A DNA stretch of 58,395 bases, taken from IMG/VR virus record IMGVR_UViG_3300022896_000001, positions 1 to 58,395 of that record, one strand, 5' to 3'. Within the stretch, counting starts at the first letter, position 1. Each line of letters begins with the position of its first letter. Shown here piece after piece: positions 1 to 7,192 of the stretch. Below the pieces are notes generated by a model. The model was given only the letters and a program-made list of their open reading frames with translations. It was not told the origin of the DNA and ran no database searches. The stretch comes from a virus (Duplodnaviria > Caudoviricetes). The translations under genes and the position numbers were made by a program.

Positions 1-127
1 AGGTTCGCCAAGCTGCCCTCGACAGGCTCGCCGCCGTTGACTTCGTGCCCGATGTGGACCCGGCCCGGTACGAGCGGATGCTGTCCGCCCTGCACGACCA
101 GGAGTGGCGGCCACTGCACACCCAGGT
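1..127. repeat. Terminal 127-bp direct repeat (copy 1), circular-assembly overlap
   Basis: 1-127 is identical to 58269-58395; an ORF reads continuously across the join. Confidence 0.95.
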
Positions 128-905
128 CGACTCGAACTGGATCCGGTGGTGCGAATGGCCGGACTGCCTCCGTTCGTTCAACGTCCTCACCGGACCGGAC
201 CCGAAGACCGACGGCGCGGGCTGGATCTACCTCCGGACCGGGACGCACCTCCTGCTCTGCCCCGACCACGCGAACGCCGGCCACCGGCCGCAGCACTTCG
301 CCGACTGGAAACCGGGCGACACCACCATCAACACGTCGTGCGAGTGCGGCGAACGCGGCTACGGGCTGGCACCCGCGAGCACCACGGTGTGCGTGGAGTG
401 GTGGCGCCACCACGTCCGCCAGCTGCCGGAGCAGCCTGCCGCCGAGGCTGAGCCCGACCAGGACCTGGTGCAGCGGACTGCGCGGGAGCTGGCCGGGTTT
501 CAGCTTCGGCTCGGCCCGAACACCTTGGCGGCGATCCGTGCCGGGCAGGACCAAGTGCTGCTCACCGGCGGCGAACGGGACGACGTCGCCCGTGCCGCCG
601 TGGCCGCTCTCCACGGCGGCACCCCACCCATCCGAGAGGACTTCACCCCCATGATCGACCTCGACGCCCAGGCCCAGCGTGAACTGCTGGAGCTCGCGGC
701 CCGCGCAGTCATTGAGGACCAGTTCGCTTCCACCGGCACCGTCCAGCGCAGGTGCAGGGTCGGCTACGCCACCGCCGAGCGGCTGATGGACCAGCTGCAC
801 GAGCTCGGCGTGGTCAGCCCAAGGGAAGGCACACGTGCACGCGACGTGCTGGTGACCGTGGACCAGGTGGACGAGGTCGTCGCCCGGATCCGCGGTGCGG
901 CGTGA
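1..905 (+). CDS. Cys-rich hypothetical protein with C-terminal FtsK-gamma (winged-helix) domain; true start ATG 58241 across the circular join
   Basis: C-term AARAVIEDQFASTGTVQRRCRVGYATAERLMDQLHELGVVSPREGTRARDVL matches the FtsK gamma pattern; internal RBS GAGAGGA + in-frame ATG 651. Confidence 0.8.
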   Translation, partial: VRQAALDRLAAVDFVPDVDPARYERMLSALHDQEWRPLHTQVDSNWIRWCEWPDCLRSFNVLTGPDPKTDGAGWIYLRTGTHLLLCPDHANAGHRPQHFADWKPGDTTINTSCECGERGYGLAPASTTVCVEWWRHHVRQLPEQPAAEAEPDQDLVQRTARELAGFQLRLGPNTLAAIRAGQDQVLLTGGERDDVARAAVAALHGGTPPIREDFTPMIDLDAQAQRELLELAARAVIEDQFASTGTVQRRCRVGYATAERLMDQLHELGVVSPREGTRARDVLVTVDQVDEVVARIRGAA

Positions 906-1011
906 CCGCGGCGAGCGACCGAGCCCGCGGCGCGTGGGTCCTCGTCCGGATGCTGGCCACGATCGTCCGGTACACCGTGGGCGGCTGGCTCCAGCGGATC
1001 GGCGGCCGAAG

Positions 1012-1179
1012 ATGACCGGCACCGGCAACTTCGAGGGCGGTGCCAAGAGCCTGCTACAGCCCATCCCGCCGACCGAACTCGAAGAGCGCCGCGCGAGCCG
1101 CGTCGTGGCGGCCCGCGCGGTGGACGTGCAGGACTGCGTGCTCCTGCTGGACATGCTCGGTCTGTACCCCAAGGCGTGA
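1012..1179 (+). CDS. Small hypothetical protein (actinomycete D..LLLDMLGL-type)
   Basis: ATG overlaps the upstream stop; C-term VAARAVDVQDCVLLLDMLGL. Confidence 0.6.
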   Translation: MTGTGNFEGGAKSLLQPIPPTELEERRASRVVAARAVDVQDCVLLLDMLGLYPKA

Positions 1180-1356
1180 CCTGGCTTCGAGTGCTCCTGC
1201 GGCGCCTGATCTGGCTGCACATGGCCTGCCCGTGGTGCGGGAGGGAACTCGACACCGCACCGCTGCTCGCGAAGCCGCATGAGGTTCTTGCCTGGCACGA
1301 ACCCCGCTGCCCGGTCGAACGCTGACGAATTCGTGTGGCCTCGCGTGGCGGCTAGC

Positions 1357-1785
1357 TCAGGCGCGCGGTGCCTGCGTCTCTGGGGTCGTGTCGGCGGGCT
1401 CGTTCGACGCCTGGTGGTGGAGCTTCATCGCTTCGGAGCGGGTGCGTCGCTCTACTCCGGCGTCGTCGAGCATCCGCCTCACGGCCTTCACGCTGATGTC
1501 GTAGCGGGCGGCGAGGTCGCTGGTGGAGCGGCCGGCCTTGTAGTCCTCGACGAGGCCGTCGGGGGTGGGCAGCTTGGGCGGGGCCATGTCGCGGCGTCCC
1601 TTGCCGGGGGCGGCGGCGACCGCGGCGCGGACCTGGTCGGCGAGGTAGCGATGGCGGCCGGTGCGGCCAGTCTCGCGGTCGACGGGTTCGACGCCGAGCC
1701 GGGACATGCGTTTGCGGACGTAGTCGATGTCGATCTCGCAGTGGGCGGCGACTTCCGCGCTGGTCCACACCTCGGGGGTAGTCAT
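1357..1785 (-). CDS. Double helix-turn-helix DNA-binding protein, probable regulator of the divergent cassettes
   Basis: WTSAEVAAHCEIDIDYVRKRM and GRSTSDLAARYDISVKAVRRML HTH-like segments. Confidence 0.75.
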   Translation of the reverse strand: MTTPEVWTSAEVAAHCEIDIDYVRKRMSRLGVEPVDRETGRTGRHRYLADQVRAAVAAAPGKGRRDMAPPKLPTPDGLVEDYKAGRSTSDLAARYDISVKAVRRMLDDAGVERRTRSEAMKLHHQASNEPADTTPETQAPRA

Positions 1786-1791
1786 CCCTCA

Positions 1792-1821
1792 ATGATGTCC
1801 CATGATGGGACTGGGTTGCAA
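1792..1821 (-). promoter_or_regulatory. Probable leaderless promoter of the HTH gene containing operator GTCCC-N5-GGGAC
   Basis: Minus strand TTGCAA-N18-CATCAT-N6-ATG; GTCCCATGATGGGAC at 1797-1811. Confidence 0.55.
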
Positions 1822-1879
1822 GTGTGCTGATCAGGGGCTATGTCGGAGGTGAGATGTATTCATAGCTAAAGCATGTTTC

Positions 1880-1970
1880 GCGTCCGTTCGAGTGAACCGA
1901 GGGATAAGGCTTGCAGTATGTCCCACAGTGGGACATACTTTAGGAACAAGCAGCGAAACGAGCCAAGGAG
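1880..1970 (+). promoter_or_regulatory. Repeated promoter/operator/RBS unit, copy 1
   Basis: GCGTCCGTTCGAGTGAACCGA...TTGCAG-N17-CATACT; perfect palindrome AGTATGTCCCAC-A-GTGGGACATACT 1915-1939; AAGGAG RBS. Confidence 0.8.
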
Positions 1971-1976
1971 AACCCC

Positions 1977-2378
1977 ATGACCGCCGCCACCGCCACTGTC
2001 GCCACCACCCCCGGTCAGGCCGCCCGCCTCGCCCTGATCCACGCCGACACCGACAACCCGATCACCCTCAGCCCCCTCCCGGGCGGCCTGCTCAAGGTCA
2101 CGGAGCACGAGGACGGCGAGGAGTACTCCTCGATCCTCGACCTCGACGGCGTCCCCGTGGACCGCGCCACCGGCGACGGCGCCCAGGTCCACTTCGACAG
2201 CGAGGCGGAGGCCGTCGCGTACTTCGCCGAGCGCTTCGTCGGCGAAGGCCCCGCCGAGATCGCCCGCTACGTGGAGCTGCTCCAGGCCGACATGGTCGAG
2301 CAGGGGGAGAACCCCGACCTCTGGTGGGACGGCATCGCCGCCGGCGAGCTCGTCACGTACCTCTTCGGCCTCATCTAG
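1977..2378 (+). CDS. Small acidic hypothetical protein (N-domain shared with 2564..2965, C-domain shared with 3112..3333)
   Basis: Good RBS, GC3-rich codons, internal paralogy. Confidence 0.85.
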   Translation: MTAATATVATTPGQAARLALIHADTDNPITLSPLPGGLLKVTEHEDGEEYSSILDLDGVPVDRATGDGAQVHFDSEAEAVAYFAERFVGEGPAEIARYVELLQADMVEQGENPDLWWDGIAAGELVTYLFGLI

Positions 2379-2466
2379 CGCGCCGGGCCTGCCTGGTGGT
2401 CCGCCCTTGGCGGTGTCGGGCGGGTCCGGCGGTCGCGCCTGTGGGGTGGCTGCGCGGTGGGTTGGT

Positions 2467-2557
2467 GCGTCCGTTCGAGTGAACCGACGTGCTGGGGCTT
2501 GAAGTATGTCCCGCAATGGGGCATACTTTAGGAACAAGCAAAGAACAAGCCAAGGAG
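2467..2557 (+). promoter_or_regulatory. Repeated promoter/operator/RBS unit, copy 2
   Basis: Same 21-bp leader; TTGAAG-N17-CATACT with AAGTATGTCCC-GCAAT-GGGGCATACTT; TTAGGAACAAGC...CCAAGGAG. Confidence 0.8.
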
Positions 2558-2563
2558 CCCCCG

Positions 2564-2965
2564 ATGACCCGCACCGCCGCCCAGACCGCCCGCATCGCCC
2601 AGGCCCGCCAGGACGCCACCGCCGCCGGCACCCGCATCGCCACCCGCACCCTCCCCACCGGCCACGTCCGAGTCACCGAGCACGACGGCAACACCAAGGC
2701 CTCCCTGGACCTCGACACCGACGGCCAGTACGTCGGCCAGGCCGCCCCGGCCAAGGCAGCCAAGCTGGCCACGAAGAAGGCCACCAAGGCGGCGACGTGG
2801 ACCATCGGCGCGGACATCGCCGACCGGGTCGCCCTCACCCTGTTCAACGGCATGTCGGACGAGGTCAAGGCCGAGTTCGTCGCCACCCTCGCCCCCGAGG
2901 AGCTCGCCACCCTGAAGGACGGCCTGAAGCGGGGCCGCGAGCTCCGGGCCCGAGCCGCCCGGTAG
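2564..2965 (+). CDS. Hypothetical protein
   Basis: AAGGAG RBS + ATG 2564; LPTGHVRVTEHDG resembles LPGGLLKVTEHEDG of 1977..2378. Confidence 0.85.
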   Translation: MTRTAAQTARIAQARQDATAAGTRIATRTLPTGHVRVTEHDGNTKASLDLDTDGQYVGQAAPAKAAKLATKKATKAATWTIGADIADRVALTLFNGMSDEVKAEFVATLAPEELATLKDGLKRGRELRARAAR

Positions 2966-2970
2966 CGGGC

Positions 2971-2996
2971 GGGGCCCGCCGCCCCCGGCGGGCCCC
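2971..2996 (+). terminator. GC-rich hairpin after gene
   Basis: GGGGCCCGCCG-CCCC-CGGCGGGCCCC perfect 11-bp stem. Confidence 0.6.
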
Positions 2997-3111
2997 AAGG
3001 GCTCGGGGGAGCACGGGTGCCGGCCTCGCGTGAGACGGCGCCCAAGTGGATCGATTGCCTATGAATGTTTCGGGGTTCCGACCCCCACCACCCACAACAC
3101 AGGAGCCCCAC

Positions 3112-3333
3112 ATGCCCACGAAGAACACCGACGGCGGACTGACCTTCCTCGACACCGAAGCCGAGGCCATCGCCTACCTCGCCGAGCGGTTCCCCAACGA
3201 GCCCCCCGCCCGCATCGCCCACTTCGTCACCCTCACCCGCGCCGACATGGTCGAGCAGGAGGAGAACCCCGACCTCTGGTGGGACGGCATCGACCGCGAC
3301 GAGCTCGTCACCTACGTCTCCGGCCTCATCTAG
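3112..3333 (+). CDS. Small acidic protein, paralog of the C-domain of 1977..2378
   Basis: AGGAG RBS; shared ADMVEQ.ENPDLWWDGI...ELVTY..GLI. Confidence 0.85.
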   Translation: MPTKNTDGGLTFLDTEAEAIAYLAERFPNEPPARIAHFVTLTRADMVEQEENPDLWWDGIDRDELVTYVSGLI

Positions 3334-3425
3334 CTGGCCGGGCCCGGCGGCTCCGCCTGGACAGCACGCCACCGGACCCGGCTCCCAACACCCACTGCCC
3401 ACCAGCCCGACAGGGGACACCGATC

Positions 3426-3971
3426 ATGCCCGACCACACCACCGCAGGAGTCACTGCCGCCCTCGTCTACACCGCCCTGTTCGCCGCCCACGGACTCGGC
3501 GACCACTGGGTCCAGCGCACCTGCGACGCCCTCGGCAAAGGCGCAGCCAACCGCCGCGGCCAGCTCGCCTGCGCCTGGCACGTCACCACCTACACCCTCA
3601 CCACCACCGTCGCCGTGCTGCTCGTGATGGGACTCCCGCTCGGCGCCCACATCACCGTGGCCGGGTTCGCCGCCGGCCAAGCCTTCTCCGCGGCCACCCA
3701 CTACGCCATCGACCGCCGCTGGACACTGCTGCGCCTCGCGAACCTGACCGGCAACCGCGAGTTCCACGACCTCGGCGCACCCCGCCCACTGACCGTGCTC
3801 GCCCGCAAACGGACTCCGGTCAACGCACCCGCAGGCACCGTCCACGACGAGACGGTCGAGGTCGAGATTCCGCTGGACAACCCCACCTACTCGACCGGCG
3901 CCTACGCGCTCGACCAAGCCCTGCACGTGGCCCTGCTGTTCGTGTCCGCACTGCTGACCGCCCTCGTCTGA
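3426..3971 (+). CDS. DUF3307-like membrane protein
   Basis: AHGLGDHWVQ, THYAIDRRW and LDQALH motifs with hydrophobic helices. Confidence 0.75.
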   Translation: MPDHTTAGVTAALVYTALFAAHGLGDHWVQRTCDALGKGAANRRGQLACAWHVTTYTLTTTVAVLLVMGLPLGAHITVAGFAAGQAFSAATHYAIDRRWTLLRLANLTGNREFHDLGAPRPLTVLARKRTPVNAPAGTVHDETVEVEIPLDNPTYSTGAYALDQALHVALLFVSALLTALV

Positions 3972-4225
3972 TGGGGGGCCACTCACGGACACTGGCGGAG
4001 GTCAGGGCTGGTCGGTCGTTCCTCTGGAACTCCCAGCGGGGCTGGCTGCTCGTCGGCCCCACGGACGCCCTGACGCGCGCCGCGGCGGCCCGGCCCCGCG
4101 GGAGCATCCGGGTCTCCACGGACGCGGGCGGGACCGTCACGGTCCGGGTCATGCGCGTGGTCGGCTCGTGGACGCGTGACGGCGTCGACTACTCGACCGC
4201 CGTCTTCACCCGGCTCCCCACCTGA
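3971..4225 (+). CDS. Hypothetical protein
   Basis: TGATG coupling to upstream gene. Confidence 0.5.
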   Translation: MGGHSRTLAEVRAGRSFLWNSQRGWLLVGPTDALTRAAAARPRGSIRVSTDAGGTVTVRVMRVVGSWTRDGVDYSTAVFTRLPT

Positions 4226-4320
4226 CCGCTGCCCCTGGGTCCTTCGCTGGCCCAGGGGCAGCCCCACGCCCGCGGGACGTAGCATCCGGTCGCCCGCCAG
4301 GAACACCCCGAGGAGCCCCT

Positions 4321-4527
4321 GTGACCGCACCCGACACCACCACGCCCGACCTGGCCAGCGCCGTCGCCTACGTCCTGGTCGACCCGACCCGCAGCACCGG
4401 CACCTGGTGGGTCACCCCCGACCGGGTCGTTCACTACCAGCGGCCGACCGGCGAGTGGACGCCACCCGCGATCGTCTCCGCCGACGACATCGAGGACTCG
4501 CCGACCTGGAAGCGCGCCGACAGCTGA
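4321..4527 (+). CDS. Hypothetical protein
   Basis: GAGGAG RBS + GTG. Confidence 0.7.
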   Translation: MTAPDTTTPDLASAVAYVLVDPTRSTGTWWVTPDRVVHYQRPTGEWTPPAIVSADDIEDSPTWKRADS

Positions 4528-4538
4528 CCCCGCACAGC

Positions 4539-4575
4539 ACGAGGGCCCCACACCGCGATGGTGTGGGGCCCTCGT
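4539..4575. terminator. Bidirectional terminator-like hairpin between convergent units
   Basis: ACGAGGGCCCCACACC-GCGAT-GGTGTGGGGCCCTCGT perfect 16-bp stem. Confidence 0.75.
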
Positions 4576-4588
4576 CGTGTCCCGGGGC

Positions 4589-4912
4589 TCACCGCCGACC
4601 GGCAGGAACCTCACGCTCCTCATCCTCAAGCGGGCGCAGCGGAAGGGTCCTGGCCAGCAGCCACAGCAGTGCGTAGACGACCACCTCGACACTGGCGATC
4701 AACTGCGCCGCGCGGAACCCCGCGATGACGTGGAACCCGCCGATGAACCCCAACGCGACCAACCAGTACTTGAACCGCGCCACGGCCTCGGCGAAGCGCA
4801 GGTGCCGGGTCGTGGCCAACGTGCCGACCAGCAACAGCAACGCGAGACCCCACGCCGCCATCGTCAGCAGCGACGTGTCCAGGTCCGGGAACGGGCGCAG
4901 GTCTAAGTCCAT
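4589..4912 (-). CDS. Small membrane protein, last gene of the transfer operon
   Basis: About three hydrophobic helices. Confidence 0.7.
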   Translation of the reverse strand: MDLDLRPFPDLDTSLLTMAAWGLALLLLVGTLATTRHLRFAEAVARFKYWLVALGFIGGFHVIAGFRAAQLIASVEVVVYALLWLLARTLPLRPLEDEEREVPAGRR

Positions 4913-4949
4913 ACCCGCGAGGGTCCCTCCACCGCCGGCGGGTCGTCAA

Positions 4950-5041
4950 CCTCACCTCACCCCTCACCTCACCCCGCCACCCTGTCCCCCACCAGCAGAT
5001 ACGGGGGAGGGGGTGGGTGAGGTGAGGTCCGTGAGGTGAGG
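4950..5041. repeat. GTGAGGTGAGG repeats (2 inverted + 2 direct), candidate clt/TraB recognition sites
   Basis: CCTCACCTCAC at 4950 and 4962; GTGAGGTGAGG at 5017 and 5031. Confidence 0.7.
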
Positions 5042-7120
5042 CAGCTCGTACACCCCGATCGTCGGGTTCGCCAACCTCCCGGACAGCTTGAGGTCCGCGA
5101 GCACGTTGTTCAGCACGCCCTCGGTCGGCTCGGCGCCCGAGGCCGTCAGCCCGGCGCGGATGTCCTTGCGGCGCATCCGCCCACCGGCGTCGGTCACGAG
5201 CTGGACGATGCGGTCGCCCCACGTCAGGTCCGGTACCACCGCCTCGACGACAGGCGCGGGCAGCTCGGTCACCGGCGGCGCGGCCGGGAGCGCCTTGGGC
5301 TGAGGCATCACCTGCGCCAGGAACGCGTCCGCCTCGGCCGCGACCTCCGCCGCCTCGTCCCGCACCACCGGTGCGGGCTGACCGACACCGCGCAGGTAGT
5401 CGCGGTGCGCCGCGGTCATCCGCTGCGGGCGGTCCGCGTAGAACGCGCCCGCCGCGCGCGCCGACCCGGTATCCAGCGGGCGGCGCTGACCAGCACGAAC
5501 CCGCGCGATCTCCCGGACCGTGGGCCCGTCGTGCAGGCGCGGCTTCGCCGGGTCGGACTCCTGCGGGTAGAACAGCTTCGCGTGCACCGGGTCCCGGTGA
5601 TCCTGCACGTAGGCCTCGCCGGGGTTGTACAGGTTGGGCAGCCCGTAGAAGCGGTCGCCGAACGCTCGCCGCCGTTCGTCGCCGCTGGAGGACCGGCACA
5701 GCACGGTGACGCCCACGTTGTTCTTGATGCTGGCGGCCTCTTTGCCGAACATCTCGTGGTCGTAGTCCTGCGCCGACCACACCCAGTACACCTGCGCCGA
5801 CAGCGTCGAGCGGGCGCCGTGCCCGGTCAGCTCGGACGCGGTGTACTTGCGGCCCTCCCAGGTGATCTGCCTCGTCGTGTCCATGAGCACCCGCGGGGAC
5901 TCGGTCATCACGATCCACAAGGGGGTGAGGTCACCCTTTTGAGCTGCGGAAAGTCCCTGCCGGTAGCGGGCGACGCTCATCGCGGCGGCCATCATCTTCA
6001 GGGTGTCGTCCATGCCCTGCACCGCCCAGATCGGCAGGTCGATGTCCTCGCCGACGAACTGGTCGAGGTGGTCCTCCAGCGTTGCCCACACCTTCTCCGC
6101 GCCGCAGAACCACACCTCGCCACGCGCTTGGCCTTCAGCGACGACGACGTTCTCCAGCCCGGACTTGCCCGAGCCGGTGGGACCGACGATGACCCAGTGC
6201 TGGCGGGGGTTGACCTGCACGTCCTGGGCGCGGATGTCCAGGCCGATGGTCATCTTGTCCGGGTCGCGCGGGGTGGCGTCGAGCGCGGTGTAGGGCTTGG
6301 CCTTGGCCATGACGTCCTCGGTGGTCACGGTGACCACGACCCGCCCGGCGGCGCGCTTGGAGGTGACCTGCACCCAGTCGGTCATCATCTCCACCCCGGT
6401 CAGCGACTGGATCGTGGTCGCGATGACCTCACAGTCTGCGCTGGTCAGCGGGGTGAGGTCCTTCACCTTGAGCTTCGGGAACGGCTTGGACGGGTCGGCG
6501 GCGTGCTCGGCTTTCGCGGCGCGCTCGGCGGCCTGCAACGGGGTGAGCATCTGCAACTCCCACCAGCCGCCGTAGCCGAGCGCGCCGTCGGCGACCTGGT
6601 CGTAGTGGTCCTTGCCGATCTGGCGCAGCACTTCGGTCATCAGTCCGGCCGCGGTCGGCGGGACCTCGGCGTCCACGACGGAGGCCACATGCCGCTCGGG
6701 TACGGCGACCTGGGCGCGGGGCTTCACGTGGGTGACCTGGTAGTCCCACCACGCGGCGAGCACCCACTCCAGCGCCCCGAGCCCGACCAGCAGCCCAGCA
6801 GTCCACTGCCAGGTCCACAGGCCGTGCGGGGCGATCAGCGCCCACAGGGCGTGGGCGGTGGCCGCGGCGGTGGTGGCGCGCGCCATGTTCAGCCGGGAGC
6901 TGTAGCCGATCGCCTCGAACACCATGCCGCCGAGGAACACCGCGCGCGCCCACACAGTGACCCCGACCGCCGCGACCAGCACGACCAGCACGGCGGCCCA
7001 CGTCGGCGCGCCCAGCACGGCGGGCAGCACCGCGACCGCGCCGGTGGCGAGCATCCCCGCCAGCACGCAGACGGTCTTCGTGGAGACCTTCGGCTCGTCG
7101 TCGTCACGTCGCTGGTTCAT
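4964..7120 (-). CDS. traB: TraB-like FtsK/SpoIIIE conjugative DNA translocase
   Basis: N-terminal TM helices, Walker A GPTGSGKS, WIVMTE Walker B-like, PGEAYV motif, C-terminal wHTH (GGRMRRKDIRAGL...LNNVLADLKLSGRLANPTIGVY); GGAG RBS before ATG 7120. Confidence 0.8.
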   Translation of the reverse strand: MNQRRDDDEPKVSTKTVCVLAGMLATGAVAVLPAVLGAPTWAAVLVVLVAAVGVTVWARAVFLGGMVFEAIGYSSRLNMARATTAAATAHALWALIAPHGLWTWQWTAGLLVGLGALEWVLAAWWDYQVTHVKPRAQVAVPERHVASVVDAEVPPTAAGLMTEVLRQIGKDHYDQVADGALGYGGWWELQMLTPLQAAERAAKAEHAADPSKPFPKLKVKDLTPLTSADCEVIATTIQSLTGVEMMTDWVQVTSKRAAGRVVVTVTTEDVMAKAKPYTALDATPRDPDKMTIGLDIRAQDVQVNPRQHWVIVGPTGSGKSGLENVVVAEGQARGEVWFCGAEKVWATLEDHLDQFVGEDIDLPIWAVQGMDDTLKMMAAAMSVARYRQGLSAAQKGDLTPLWIVMTESPRVLMDTTRQITWEGRKYTASELTGHGARSTLSAQVYWVWSAQDYDHEMFGKEAASIKNNVGVTVLCRSSSGDERRRAFGDRFYGLPNLYNPGEAYVQDHRDPVHAKLFYPQESDPAKPRLHDGPTVREIARVRAGQRRPLDTGSARAAGAFYADRPQRMTAAHRDYLRGVGQPAPVVRDEAAEVAAEADAFLAQVMPQPKALPAAPPVTELPAPVVEAVVPDLTWGDRIVQLVTDAGGRMRRKDIRAGLTASGAEPTEGVLNNVLADLKLSGRLANPTIGVYELPHLTDLTSPTPSPVSAGGGQGGGVR

Positions 7121-7143
7121 CGGATACTCCCTGCTCAGACAGG

Positions 7144-7175
7144 TCGGGGGCCCGTACCGCAGCACGGGCCCCCGA
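7144..7175 (-). terminator. Hairpin upstream of traB
   Basis: TCGGGGGCCCGT-N8-ACGGGCCCCCGA. Confidence 0.5.
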
Positions 7176-7192
7176 GGTGGACGGGTGGGTGG

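Noticed and set aside
1-127. Terminal repeat as a biological direct terminal repeat or att site
   Set aside because: 127 bp equals a common assembler k-mer and falls mid-gene; it only shows circularity
1880-2557. CRISPR array or ncRNA repeats
   Set aside because: Only two copies, 587 bp apart, each with -35/-10/RBS ahead of a gene
1977-3333. Diversity-generating retroelement TR/VR pair
   Set aside because: No reverse transcriptase, and differences are not adenine-specific
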